NCBI GenBank assembly: GCA_021792655.1
Contig: JAJYUG010000001.1
Span: forward strand, 13,090 to 77,089
DNA: 64,000 bases
Origin: Thermoplasmata archaeon
GTDB lineage: Archaea > Thermoplasmatota > Thermoplasmata > Thermoplasmatales > Thermoplasmataceae
Reading direction: 5' to 3'
The translations under genes and the position numbers were made by a program. Below the pieces are notes generated by a model. That model saw only the letters and a list, made by a program, of their open reading frames with translations. It was not told the origin of the DNA and made no database searches. Within the stretch, counting starts at the first letter, position 1; each line of letters starts with the position of its first letter. Below, piece by piece: positions 50,818-61,837 of the stretch.

Positions 50818-51537
50818 ATGACAGATATAATAAGAAAATCATTAGCTGAACTGGTTGGAACGTACATTTTTGTGCTTTTCGGGCCTGGTAGCATAGTAGC
50901 TTTTATAGCCGCTTTTAACCAGACACTGAACCCATCAACCTTATTTTATCTGGCTACGACTTTCGGTCTCGGAATCTCCATTGGAATAATGGCAGTGGCA
51001 AATATATCCGGTGGTCACGTAAACCCTGCCGTGACTGTTTCACTGTTCATAGCGGGCAGATTTCCAGGCAAGCATGTTGTTCAGTACATCGTGGCCCAAC
51101 TTATAGGTGCAGTTCTCGCTTCTGCAACCGTGGGATTATTATTTGGGTACAATGTAGCCAATTCCGTACAGTTTGGGGCAACCATCCCCGGATCAAGGGG
51201 TCCTTTGATAGCCTTTGCAGGAGAATTAATCATGACGTTCTTCTTCCTCTGGACAATAATGGGTGTTACGTCAAGGACAAACAACACTGCAATAATAGCC
51301 GTGGTAATCGGCATATATGTATCTATCATGATATTCATGCTAGCAACAGTGAGTGGAGGATCAATCAATCCAGCTAGATCATTCGGTCCGGCGGTTTTAT
51401 CCGGGATCCTGCTGAAAGGGCAATATTTTCAGTGGATATACTGGGTGGCTCCAATTATTGGGGGTTCTCTCGGTGCCCTCTCATACAAGTTCATGTATAA
51501 TGAAAGAGGGAAGATCCATTATGCTCCTGAAAACTGA
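50818..51537 (+). CDS. MIP-family channel (aquaporin/glycerol facilitator)
   Basis: SGGHVNPAVT and GGSINPARSFGP. Confidence 0.95.
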   Translation: MTDIIRKSLAELVGTYIFVLFGPGSIVAFIAAFNQTLNPSTLFYLATTFGLGISIGIMAVANISGGHVNPAVTVSLFIAGRFPGKHVVQYIVAQLIGAVLASATVGLLFGYNVANSVQFGATIPGSRGPLIAFAGELIMTFFFLWTIMGVTSRTNNTAIIAVVIGIYVSIMIFMLATVSGGSINPARSFGPAVLSGILLKGQYFQWIYWVAPIIGGSLGALSYKFMYNERGKIHYAPEN

Positions 51538-51727
51538 TTTCGTAAATAATCTTATTATTTACCATTTTTAGCTTCCGAAGCGCTACACAGAACCATTGCA
51601 AAAGTGCTATATCGATCAGATTAGGACGAGTGTTATTCCATGTTGTCTGTTATTTGCAATTGAAGTTGACAATAACCAGTGAGTGCCTTCTTCTTCCTAT
51701 CAAAAAAAAATAATTTGGTTGGAGAAT

Positions 51728-52240
51728 TTACCTTCTTTTCTTCTTTTCAGGCTGCGCTACAGGGACGAAATAGACATCAGTAGGACTGAATTTCTGGTTT
51801 CTCCTGAACTTTGCAGTTACTGGCATTCCAACGTACAGATCATCGAGGTCAGCGCCAATGAGCCTGGCCATGAAGAGTGAATCGACATTCTCGAATTCAA
51901 CCATAATCAGATTGAACGGTGTTTCCTTAAGGAATTCCTCACTCCCGAAATAGCACGTTGTGAATGTATGCACCTTTCCTGTATTTGGCAACTGATACCA
52001 TTCAGTTTCGGCACCGCACATCATGCAGTGGGATCTGGGTGTTGCATAAGTGTACCCACACTTCTTGCACTTGCTTCCCATGATTTTCTTCTTGCCAAGT
52101 GCCCTGAAGAATTCAGAATCCTGTGCATAGCTGTGTATATAATCTATTTCGTAATGGGATTTCACTATCAGGGGATCAATACTGTAAACCTCAGTCCCAC
52201 TCTGTGTCTCTTCCATTTTTGCGTTTGGGTTGATGGTCAT
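51728..52240 (-). CDS. DUF35 Zn-ribbon/OB-fold protein
   Basis: CKKCG...PRSHCMMCG, GKVHTFT; overlaps the thiolase stop. Confidence 0.92.
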   Translation of the reverse strand: MTINPNAKMEETQSGTEVYSIDPLIVKSHYEIDYIHSYAQDSEFFRALGKKKIMGSKCKKCGYTYATPRSHCMMCGAETEWYQLPNTGKVHTFTTCYFGSEEFLKETPFNLIMVEFENVDSLFMARLIGADLDDLYVGMPVTAKFRRNQKFSPTDVYFVPVAQPEKKKRR

Positions 52241-53499
52241 TTGACCGCCTCCATTATGGTTGCAGTAACATAAGTTCCCGTTCCCGCATGGCTGTGTATG
52301 AGCCCTCTCTTCGGGTTGTTCAGCTGCAGGTAATCATCTTTAAAATGCTTCTTGACAGTTCTCTGAAGCTGCCAGAACATGAACACCGATTGCATTATCC
52401 CGGTAGCTCCCACAGGGTGGCCTGAAGCAAGCAGTCCTCCAGATGGGTTGACCGGTATTTTTCCCTTAAGCTCTGATTTACCTTCCTCAATGAACTTTCC
52501 ACCCTCTCCATACTTGCAGAGTCCAAGATCTTCGTACGTCTGTATCTCTGAGGAAGTGTACGCATCATGAAGCTCTATAAGATCAAGTTCCTCAATGGGA
52601 TCTGTGATTCCAGCGCCATCGTATGCTTCCTTGGCAGCGGTTCTTCCTGCTCTGAAGGAGTGAACACCGGGATACTTCAGTCCGGAATAATCAGATTCCT
52701 TCTCATTTGGAAGGAGCGGAACCTTTCCCATTGGCCTGTCTGATAATCTCATTGTATCAGTTCCAGTGCCTATGCTCTTTATAAGGACCGGTCTGTCAGT
52801 TATTTCAAAGGCCTTTTCTTCTGAAGCGAGTATTGAAACGGCAGCTCCATCGGACATTGTACAAACGTCTAGCCGGGTCAGCGGGTAAGCAACCATGGGC
52901 GAATTTCGAACGTCATTTACAGTCAGGTTCATCGGGCTCTGAGCATAGGGATTATGTATGGCATTCTTGTGGTTCTTGACTGACACCTTGGCCAGCTGTT
53001 CCACTGTCGTACCGAATTCGTGCATGTGCCTTACGGCCATCATGGCATAATATCCGGTATAAAATCCTCCAACGGGGTAATCAAAATTGGTATCGCTCGC
53101 AAGGGCAATGAATTCATTTCCTTTCCATGTGTTTACGTGAGACATCGTCTCGAAGCCATAGACTGCGCATGTATCCATCCTTCCGGAGGCAATTTCCTCG
53201 TATCCAGTCTGGAATGCGAGTCCGCCAGTTGCCCCTCCCCCCTCAACTCTCTTGCTCGGTTTTGGGGTAAGGCCAAGATAGTCCTGCACCATAATCCCAG
53301 ACATCAGCTGTCTTTGGAAGTGGTCGGCAAAGTATGAAGCTACAGACCCGTCAATGTCGTTAAGAGTAAGATGCACATCGTCCATTGCATAGTCAAAAGC
53401 CTTCTTGACCCGCAACCTGAAGTCCATTTCCGGTGTAGCCTTGGCAAATTTTGTCACTCCGCCGGAAACCATGTATACATTTCTGCCCGTGTGTTTCAT
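52237..53499 (-). CDS. Thiolase-fold protein (SCP2-thiolase-like)
   Basis: VSVKNHKNA..NPYAQ, SDGAA, ELHDAY, NPSGGL, GHPVGATG; start moved to MKHTGRN. Confidence 0.9.
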   Translation of the reverse strand: MKHTGRNVYMVSGGVTKFAKATPEMDFRLRVKKAFDYAMDDVHLTLNDIDGSVASYFADHFQRQLMSGIMVQDYLGLTPKPSKRVEGGGATGGLAFQTGYEEIASGRMDTCAVYGFETMSHVNTWKGNEFIALASDTNFDYPVGGFYTGYYAMMAVRHMHEFGTTVEQLAKVSVKNHKNAIHNPYAQSPMNLTVNDVRNSPMVAYPLTRLDVCTMSDGAAVSILASEEKAFEITDRPVLIKSIGTGTDTMRLSDRPMGKVPLLPNEKESDYSGLKYPGVHSFRAGRTAAKEAYDGAGITDPIEELDLIELHDAYTSSEIQTYEDLGLCKYGEGGKFIEEGKSELKGKIPVNPSGGLLASGHPVGATGIMQSVFMFWQLQRTVKKHFKDDYLQLNNPKRGLIHSHAGTGTYVTATIMEAVK

Positions 53500-53592
53500 C
53501 AGTTCGCTATAATACATTGGGGTTAAAAATATCTTGGTTATCTGAAAGCGTTTTTCTGAAAACCTTAATATTTCCAAGAATGATAAAGCACC

Positions 53593-54438
53593 GTGAAAAT
53601 AATTGTATTCGGTGGATCCGGTTTCATTGGAACCAACTTTATAAAACTGTTTGGTGCAGAAGAAAATGCCTACTATTCACGTCACAGGTCAAGCGAACTT
53701 GATTCCTTCGGCGCAAAGTGGATAGAAGGAGACATTCTGGACGAAGCGAGAGTCATGGATGCAGTGAATGGCTACGACATAATCGTTGCTGCCGCAGGAA
53801 CTTCCGATGAGAAGGACGAGTCACATTTCGATGTACAGGTCAAAGGGATGAAAAACATCGTAAAGGCAATCAAGAAAGTTGACAAGGATCAAAAACTGAT
53901 CTACTTTTCCCACATCAACCTTGAGAAGGGGAAGACAGAATATTTCAGGGTGAAAAGAGTCGCTGAGGGCAATGTTCAGTTGGTGAAGAATCATCTCATA
54001 GTCCGTCCGTCATTTGTCTTCGGAAGTGAGGATCATATCACCGGGAGGATACTGGATTTGGCCAGGCAGAGTATGGGAAAATTCCCTCCGGATGGAGATC
54101 TCAGTCCGGTCTACGTAAATGACCTGATGACAGTTATCAAGAATTCCCTGGAGACAAGGGGAGCAATCAACGTGTCAGCCAGGAAAAAACTGAGCTTTCT
54201 CGATGCGATAAACACGGCAAGATCAGCACTTGGACACCACCAGGTAAAGCCAGCGGGTAGGTTATCAAGGAAGAGTTCCATAAGAAAAGCTTCCGAAAAG
54301 GGCATATTTACTCCTGAAGAGATCGGCATGTTTCTACTGGACTACTACAGGGACAATACTATGCTTCTCGAAAGATACGTCAGGGAACCGCTTTCCTATG
54401 CTTCGTTTCTGGAAAATGCGGCAAGACCCAAAAGTTAG
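53593..54438 (+). CDS. NAD(P)-binding atypical SDR/epimerase-family protein
   Basis: VFGGSGFIG, YFRVK..AE, VRPSFVFG. Confidence 0.87.
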   Translation: MKIIVFGGSGFIGTNFIKLFGAEENAYYSRHRSSELDSFGAKWIEGDILDEARVMDAVNGYDIIVAAAGTSDEKDESHFDVQVKGMKNIVKAIKKVDKDQKLIYFSHINLEKGKTEYFRVKRVAEGNVQLVKNHLIVRPSFVFGSEDHITGRILDLARQSMGKFPPDGDLSPVYVNDLMTVIKNSLETRGAINVSARKKLSFLDAINTARSALGHHQVKPAGRLSRKSSIRKASEKGIFTPEEIGMFLLDYYRDNTMLLERYVREPLSYASFLENAARPKS

Positions 54439-54439
54439 G

Positions 54440-54925
54440 TCACATCAGCACGTGTCCCATTGCTTCGCGATAAGTGTAAAGACTCAGCTTGTGCAGATAT
54501 TTCACTGCATAATCTGAAATAAAACCGCTAAAATCACTGTCGGTCCGGGCACCCATCAGATGTGCAAGAGCCTCCTGCATATGCGCGCTTGCGCTGAGGA
54601 GGTACGCAGACCTCAGGTCCGCCTTGCTCATCTTCTCTTTCATGTCTATCCATGTCTCCTCTGTCCTTCTGATTTTCTTTCTCTGCTCGTCAAGGAGTTT
54701 AATGTCGCTGTCATAGATGCCGCTAGAAATAGTATCCAGCATATCGAGTATCTCCCTGGTTTCCTGCAGTTTTGATCCAGACGAGATAGCCAATCCGATG
54801 TTTGCCTGGGCAAGCCTTATGCTCGCCTCATAGAGGAAAAAATCGTGGTTAAGTGGAATTTCTTTTTCGATAAGATCGCAGAAAGCCACGTTGACATTTT
54901 CACCTTCATCTATTCCTTCTGCCAC
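54440..54925 (-). CDS. Hypothetical helical protein
   Basis: 161-aa ORF with GTG start preceded by a GGTGA ribosome-binding motif. Confidence 0.7.
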   Translation of the reverse strand: MAEGIDEGENVNVAFCDLIEKEIPLNHDFFLYEASIRLAQANIGLAISSGSKLQETREILDMLDTISSGIYDSDIKLLDEQRKKIRRTEETWIDMKEKMSKADLRSAYLLSASAHMQEALAHLMGARTDSDFSGFISDYAVKYLHKLSLYTYREAMGHVLM

Positions 54926-54942
54926 GCTTTCACCATCATAAG

Positions 54943-55015
54943 TAGCTCCGGGCAGATTCGAACTGCCGTCGACGGGTCCAGAGCCCGTTATGCTTGGCCA
55001 CTACACCACGGAGCT
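54943..55015 (-). tRNA. tRNA-Gln(CTG)
   Basis: Reverse complement AGCTCCGTGGTGTAGTGGCCAAGCATAACGGGCTCTGGACCCGTCGACGGCAGTTCGAATCTGCCCGGAGCTA folds as a cloverleaf with anticodon CTG. Confidence 0.95.
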
Positions 55016-55135
55016 ATGCATAACGGCTATTGTCAATGTCCTTTAATATTTTTCCCTGAATCCGTGATTGATGAATAGATCCCTATCCTCTCAAAGTGTA
55101 AGTAAAGTTAAATATGGAAAATCCAATAAAGAAAG

Positions 55136-55522
55136 GTGAAGAACTGGAGTGGTCATCTTTATTTTGATGATAAATTTCAATGGAAGAATCTTGATAAGGC
55201 ATTTCCTGAACTGTGGGATCTTATAAGCAGCGAGACAAAACAGAACGTCGAAGAAGAGCAATATGACCAGGTTGCTCTTGAGCTGAATATGGCTGAAATA
55301 GAGAAGAACAAGAAACCAATGGGATACACGAAGGAAGGATCAAAGTACAGGATGATTTTCCCTCAAAATATGAAGGAGATGATAATCTACAGGGGAGTAC
55401 CATCCGAAGATATCCGTGAAATTACGGAGAAGGTACAGAAGATACTGAAGAACAAAAAGATCAAGACTGCTGTAGACTACGACAAAATGCTCCTTTACGA
55501 TATCAGGAAAAGACGAAAGTAA
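55136..55522 (+). CDS. Hypothetical protein
   Basis: 128-aa charged ORF; TATA-like TTAAATA about 25 nt upstream. Confidence 0.7.
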   Translation: MKNWSGHLYFDDKFQWKNLDKAFPELWDLISSETKQNVEEEQYDQVALELNMAEIEKNKKPMGYTKEGSKYRMIFPQNMKEMIIYRGVPSEDIREITEKVQKILKNKKIKTAVDYDKMLLYDIRKRRK

Positions 55523-55602
55523 AATCTCATCCCGGATAGATATTATACGCTGTTAAAAATATTAAGAAATAATTATATCTCATCGTGCCATAGGGATTCC
55601 AT

Positions 55603-56106
55603 ATGGTCAGCAGAATAAAGGTGGTAAACGACATAGGTGAGTTAGTATCAATTTTCCATGCTGCCGACACTGATGTAAAAAGGAGGCTCCTTCTCGATCT
55701 AGCATCGAGCTGGGTGACTATGCCGCAGATAGACGAGAAATATGGAACACTCGGAAAGAAAGCACTCCTCTATCTTGATAAGATAAAGCTCATCGAAAGC
55801 CAGTGGATAACCAGTGAAAAGGGTCCAGAAAAGGCATATCATACTTATTATACCAGTGTGCAGATCAATCTACTGGGGTCCATGGGTGAACTGGCGGACA
55901 TAATATATGCAACCACATTTTCAGACGCTGATCTCGAGAAGTACGAAGAAGGAATAAAGGGAATGATGGTTGGCGGCGAGGGCGTATTCATGGGTGAAGT
56001 GGCTGAAAAACTCGGTATATCGCAGACACTCCTCAGGGGCATTGTTAAGAGATCAAGCATATTGCAGATAAAAGGGTTCAAGATCGAACTTATTGAAGGC
56101 CAGTAA
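55603..56106 (+). CDS. Conserved archaeal ArsR-like winged-helix protein
   Basis: LDKIKLIESQW....GPEKAYHTYY; second HTH-like segment EVAEKLGISQ. Confidence 0.75.
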   Translation: MVSRIKVVNDIGELVSIFHAADTDVKRRLLLDLASSWVTMPQIDEKYGTLGKKALLYLDKIKLIESQWITSEKGPEKAYHTYYTSVQINLLGSMGELADIIYATTFSDADLEKYEEGIKGMMVGGEGVFMGEVAEKLGISQTLLRGIVKRSSILQIKGFKIELIEGQ

Positions 56107-57156
<1,050 letters not shown>

Positions 57157-57272
57157 ACATACATCGCTGACTCCATTAAATGGATGACTGCAGACCTTGT
57201 CTAAGTTTTTTAGAGAAACAGCCATACTGCGAAAAGATTAAAAGTAAGAAATCTCTTAACCATAGTTGTCTT

Positions 57273-57345
57273 GCCGCCGTAGCTCAGCAGGTAGAGCACT
57301 CGGCTGTTAACCGAGCGGTCGTCGGTTCAAATCCGACCAGCGGCG
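57273..57345 (+). tRNA. tRNA-Asn(GTT)
   Basis: Cloverleaf; anticodon arm CTCGG-CT-GTT-AA-CCGAG; T loop GTTCAAATC. Confidence 0.95.
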
Positions 57346-57347
57346 TT

Positions 57348-57421
57348 GGGGCTGTAGCTCAGCCAGGTAGAGCGCCTGGCTCATAACCAGGTGGCCGTCG
57401 GTTCAAACCCGGCCAGCCCCA
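57348..57421 (+). tRNA. tRNA with CAT anticodon, probably tRNA-Ile2(CAU)
   Basis: Arm CCTGG-CT-CAT-AA-CCAGG; G1-C72 start GGGGCTG and no three G-C anticodon-stem pairs, so not initiator; Ile2 versus elongator Met is inferred. Confidence 0.85.
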
Positions 57422-57424
57422 TTC

Positions 57425-57451
57425 CCTATTAGGTTTAAACCTAAAAATAGG
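57425..57451 (+). terminator. Hairpin/palindrome directly after the tRNA pair
   Basis: Perfect palindrome TAGGTTTAAACCTA (57430-57443) flanked by CCTATT/AATAGG; function uncertain. Confidence 0.35.
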
Positions 57452-57853
57452 CATGTAAATCAGGGAGGTTGCTTATATACTCAGCACCCAACATCTCAAT
57501 TTTTTTTGTAGTAATAAAAATGAATACATGGTCAGTTATGCCATTTTTCAAAATGATCCTTCTCAGATTTCTATGCCATCCATCTGTCCACTTTTGGTAA
57601 GGTTGCCAAAACTGGACACCCTTAAGTTCATTCTCCATCACTCTTGGTATGAGATTACCTTTTGGAGATTACATCGGCTTAGAATCGCTTCCTAAGAGGT
57701 CAGGAGTTATCCCATTGTGATCTTTTACAATTCATGCAAGGAACACGACTTAAATAGAAATGACGGAATAAATAACAACTCAGCGTGAGTTTACATCGAT
57801 CAGGTTTACTATTTCGATAAAGCCAGTCTTTCACTGAGTTTTTTCATTAGCAC

Positions 57854-59454
57854 TTCAGGGTGCTATTATGCTTAGAAGTTTTCTGTTATTGTTTTTTCCC
57901 TTATAATTGATGATTTGTGATTAATTCGTATGGAAATGTTTTTATTCACAGGGTGCATACATGTGTGTGCCAGGAATAGTGTGGAAATCCATTCATGGAA
58001 AGAAATACATGGTGCTACGATGGAAGAAGTGGCAGAACGGCCAGTCAAGGGTGGTGAAGGAGATATACATCGGTGATGCCGAAAGACTTGCCAGGACTCT
58101 TGAGAATCCTGGATATGATATATCGGTGACATCACTCTCCTACGGATCAACTGCCTCCATACTTGCAATGGAGAAAACCATCGGTATCAAGGGCATAGTT
58201 GATGGCATTGTCGGTCATAGTGGAAATGGCATGTCACCAGGAGATTATGCCTTACTGTTTGCAATGAACAGGTTATCGGACCCGAGATCAAAGAACGGCA
58301 TAGGAGAATGGATGAAAAGCGATTATGCATCCACCATATACCCGGAAGTATCGTCACAGGGTTACTGGAACATGATGGATCGATTCACGATGGATCACAT
58401 CAAAAAAATAAAGGAAGAGATCAGGGACAGGCTGATATCCATGGGCTACGATCATTCCAGGATGTTCGTGGACGGATCAAATTTCTATACCTACATGGAG
58501 GAGAATGATATTGCAAAAAAGGGACACAACAAGGCTCATAGATACGATCTGAACCAGATATCCTACTACATCGAAGCAAATGAGGATTACATACCGTTCT
58601 ATGGTGATTCGTACCCAGGCAACATGCATGATTCAAAGACATTCGGTATGACGATGGATGCAATACCTAAATCATCAATACTGATATTTGACAGGGGATA
58701 CAATTCCATGGAGAATATACAGAAAATCAGGAAAAGAAAATACATAGGTGCGCTCGTTCAATCGGATCACAGGGATCTCACGGGGATTCCGGTGAAAAAG
58801 GATTCTTTCATCGAGACAAGGAAGACTGTATACGGCATTGATCACAGGATCATTGTGTATCACTCCTCAAAGCTTGAGAGGAAAAGAATCATGGCATTCA
58901 TGAAGATGTTCAGGAAAGCCTATGTAAAGGTGAGGAGCATAATGGAATCCGGCGATTTCGATGCATTGGATCGAGCGAGAATATACCTGGAGTCCATGCA
59001 ACTTCAGGAAACCATTCTGCTGCCTGATGTGACCATAGCAAGCGGCAGGATGCATTCCAGGTTGGAAATGCTTGGGAAGAATGCACTGTTCACAAGCATA
59101 TCCGATCTTCCGGGAGATGAGATAATAGGTCTATACAAAAAACGGAACAGGGTTGAGCACTGCTTCAGGACGATAAGCATGCATGATCTGATGGCACCGG
59201 AATATCACTGGACTCCCCAGATGATAAGGGTCCACATGCTCTTCTCCCACATTGCGTATCTCTTCCTTGCACTGATATACAACAGGATCAGTGAGATAAC
59301 ATCCCTTGCTTCAAGCATCGATACACTGAAAACCATAAGAATAACATTCCTCTTGAGAAACAAGGAGGTAAGGAAGGTGGTGACATCGCAGAACGAACAT
59401 GGTATCAATGCCATGAAAATCCTGGGAATAGAAAATGCGAATTAGCACCCTGAA
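57854..59454 (+). mobile_element. IS1634-family insertion sequence
   Basis: 12-bp inverted repeats TTCAGGGTGCTA (57854-57865) and TAGCACCCTGAA (59443-59454) around the transposase; no clear target duplication. Confidence 0.82.
57961..59445 (+). CDS. DDE transposase, IS1634 family
   Basis: FVDGSNFY, KGHNKAHRYDLNQ, PGNMHDSKT, IFDRG, YKKRNRVEHCFR. Confidence 0.9.
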   Translation: MCVPGIVWKSIHGKKYMVLRWKKWQNGQSRVVKEIYIGDAERLARTLENPGYDISVTSLSYGSTASILAMEKTIGIKGIVDGIVGHSGNGMSPGDYALLFAMNRLSDPRSKNGIGEWMKSDYASTIYPEVSSQGYWNMMDRFTMDHIKKIKEEIRDRLISMGYDHSRMFVDGSNFYTYMEENDIAKKGHNKAHRYDLNQISYYIEANEDYIPFYGDSYPGNMHDSKTFGMTMDAIPKSSILIFDRGYNSMENIQKIRKRKYIGALVQSDHRDLTGIPVKKDSFIETRKTVYGIDHRIIVYHSSKLERKRIMAFMKMFRKAYVKVRSIMESGDFDALDRARIYLESMQLQETILLPDVTIASGRMHSRLEMLGKNALFTSISDLPGDEIIGLYKKRNRVEHCFRTISMHDLMAPEYHWTPQMIRVHMLFSHIAYLFLALIYNRISEITSLASSIDTLKTIRITFLLRNKEVRKVVTSQNEHGINAMKILGIENAN

Positions 59455-59631
59455 CCTGATTGGCATTTCAAACAGGAATAGAGCCACTGGGAAGTGTCAA
59501 TAAAAATAAACCATGTATAGTCACATAAACGAGTTTTATTTTCGATAACGCAGTTTTATATTATTCAAAGGTCGTTTAACGCTCATTTAACGGGCACTCA
59601 AGCTATTCGGTATTCGGAATCCAAGGCGGCG

Positions 59632-60285
59632 TCAACTTTTGATATTCTTTTGAAGTTCTGCCATCCATCTTGATACGTTTGGGGGAAGGAACCTGATCTT
59701 CTGAATCTTGCCGCCTGAGTCAAGGTATGTTATCTCAATGGAAACCCCCTTAGAGTCCCCATTTACTAATGGAATTCCTTGCCTAATATTGGCAAGCCGG
59801 ATATTTGAAAGTGGGATCTCTTCTGGGGGAAAGAACCGCCAGCTGGAAAATATGAGGCGCTCCGAGGTGAGTGCGACGGAGACATCATGAACAATGCTCT
59901 TGTTCAGACCACCCAGCTTATATCGCCTACCCAGGGGTTTGACAGACCTGCTGGAGATGATAAGCCTCTCATCCTTCTTCAGGTTAACCAGCAGGTCATT
60001 GGAATCGGCAGCGTAACTAGTCACTTCATCCTGTTGCATGAGAGTCATCATTGAAAATGCGCGCTCTCCTTCTCGATTCAGAAGGTATTGCTGATCATCG
60101 TCGCGCATAAGTACATTCTCCATTTTCTTCAAATGAAAGCTGAGCGAACCTGTGTTTTCACCCGTGGTCTGCATGATTTCAGTGAACCCTGCCCGTTTCC
60201 TGTCATGAAGGAATAAGATTATTTGTCTCCTGACAGGATGCGAAATTATATCATATATTTCAAAGTTGTTTTCCAGTTTTACCAT
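59632..60285 (-). CDS. ArsR-type winged-helix regulator fused to a PH/GRAM-like domain
   Basis: SHPVRRQII..L...GFTEI...TGSLSFHLKKM; C-terminal ALTSERLIF..EIPLSNI. Confidence 0.75.
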   Translation of the reverse strand: MVKLENNFEIYDIISHPVRRQIILFLHDRKRAGFTEIMQTTGENTGSLSFHLKKMENVLMRDDDQQYLLNREGERAFSMMTLMQQDEVTSYAADSNDLLVNLKKDERLIISSRSVKPLGRRYKLGGLNKSIVHDVSVALTSERLIFSSWRFFPPEEIPLSNIRLANIRQGIPLVNGDSKGVSIEITYLDSGGKIQKIRFLPPNVSRWMAELQKNIKS

Positions 60286-60602
60286 TGGTACCTAACTTAA
60301 TCATCCAAGACCATTACATAGGCTTTTTGCAAAGTGAAGTTGGGATTCTTTCCAACCAGTCTTGGAAAGAAGACTTCTGAAAATATTGGCATCACGTATA
60401 GCCGCGATGTTTCCGCCCACACCTCATGCAGATTGCCACGCACAGTCCTCGCCTGCAGGCGATCATTGTCAAAAAAATGAGGCTTTTCCCCACTCCAGCT
60501 CGATAAACAAGAAACCTTAGAATTCAAAACCTGTCCATTCCATACAGTCCTCTTCGCTAGCATGATTGATGAGGGAACATTCTTCAGGAATGATCAGGCA
60601 AG

Positions 60603-60827
60603 GTGGCAGATCATGTTCATCTGTTCATCAAAGCCGATCCAACAATGTCTCCTCATTTCATTGTTCAGCAGCTGAAGGGCTATACTTCAAGGACACTTAG
60701 ACAGGAATTCCCTGCACTCCGTAGCAGATTGCCTACGTTGTGGACAAGAAGCTACTACGTTGAATCCGTTGGGCACATCTCTGAGTCCGTGATCAAGAAA
60801 TACATAAAGGAGCAGAAGAATGTATGA
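60603..60827 (+). pseudogene. tnpA: 5'-truncated Y1 transposase
   Basis: DHVHLF, LKGYTSR.LRQEFP, LWTRSYYV.SVG, YIKEQ present; N-terminal half and left end absent. Confidence 0.88.
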
Positions 60828-61837
60828 TCTTGACATATAAGATTCGTCATGGAAGGGATTTCTCCGTTGAACTTGAAAAGGGAAGACAGGTAGCACAGTA
60901 TGCCATAGACCACCGTACCTTTTCATCGAAGGACGTCAAGCATTTTGGCTTGAAATCGGCAATATCCAACCAGATTCTGAGAAAATATTCAAGAAACTGG
61001 AATGCCAGGAAGGTCAATAGGGTAAAGCTGACTGTACCGGCACAGGGGATCAGGTTCAATCATGAAGGGAGGACAATATCCGCGCCATCCCTTAAGTTCC
61101 AGATAAGCTATATGTTCAGGAATGATTTTGAGAAGATCAACCAGATCGAATTTGATCATATTTTTGCATACATTTCCCTGACTGTTCCAGAGAATGCAAT
61201 GATAAAACCGGATGCATATCTTGGCATTGACCGGAATACAACAGGTCATATTGCAGTAGTAGGCAATCCAAAAACAGGGAAGGTATTGAAGCTTGGGAAA
61301 CGGGCTGAACATGTGCATAAGAAATACAGGAACATGCGGAAGAACCTCCAGAAGAAAGGCAAATACAGGAAGGCGAAAAGAACAAAGAAAAGGGAAAGCA
61401 GAATAGAGAAGGATATTAACCATAATGTTTCGAAAAAGATAGTGCAGGAAGCTAAGCAGAATGGAATGGGAATCAAGCTCGAATATCTCAAAGGGATAAG
61501 AGAAGTAAGGTCGGGCAGGAATTTCAGGTATTCCCTGAATAGCTGGTCATTCTATCAGCTTGAACAGATGATAGAATACAAGGCCAGACTACTTGGAGTA
61601 CCTGTTGTATATGTTGATCCGCACAACACCTCAAGGGAGTGTTCAGTATGTGGACAGATAGGTAACCGTTCAGGAAAAAGTTTTAAGTGCCAGTGCGGGC
61701 ACGTTGATCATGCCGATGCCAACGCCTCATTCAACATAGCGTTGCGCCCAGCATTTGAGGAAGGCATAGATCGATTGTATGCAGACAGGGATGCATGCAA
61801 ACGGAACACTGATATCCCCAAAGAGGCAACGTTATGA
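60824..61837 (+). CDS. tnpB: RNA-guided endonuclease TnpB
   Basis: RuvC residues LGIDRN (D), KLEYL (E), HADANASFNI (D); Zn finger CSVC..CQC; NSWSFYQL..IEYKA. Confidence 0.95.
   Translation: MILTYKIRHGRDFSVELEKGRQVAQYAIDHRTFSSKDVKHFGLKSAISNQILRKYSRNWNARKVNRVKLTVPAQGIRFNHEGRTISAPSLKFQISYMFRNDFEKINQIEFDHIFAYISLTVPENAMIKPDAYLGIDRNTTGHIAVVGNPKTGKVLKLGKRAEHVHKKYRNMRKNLQKKGKYRKAKRTKKRESRIEKDINHNVSKKIVQEAKQNGMGIKLEYLKGIREVRSGRNFRYSLNSWSFYQLEQMIEYKARLLGVPVVYVDPHNTSRECSVCGQIGNRSGKSFKCQCGHVDHADANASFNIALRPAFEEGIDRLYADRDACKRNTDIPKEATL

Noticed and set aside
54845-55078. 77-aa ORF
   Set aside because: Antisense to tRNA-Gln and the 54440-54925 gene
57180-57386. 68-aa ORF
   Set aside because: Overlaps tRNA-Asn and the CAT tRNA
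57441-57641. 66-aa minus-strand ORF after the tRNAs
   Set aside because: No recognisable family; AT-rich context suggests a relic or chance ORF
60297-60563. 88-aa minus-strand ORF upstream of the regulator
   Set aside because: No recognisable motifs; could be spurious or a relic, cannot be supported
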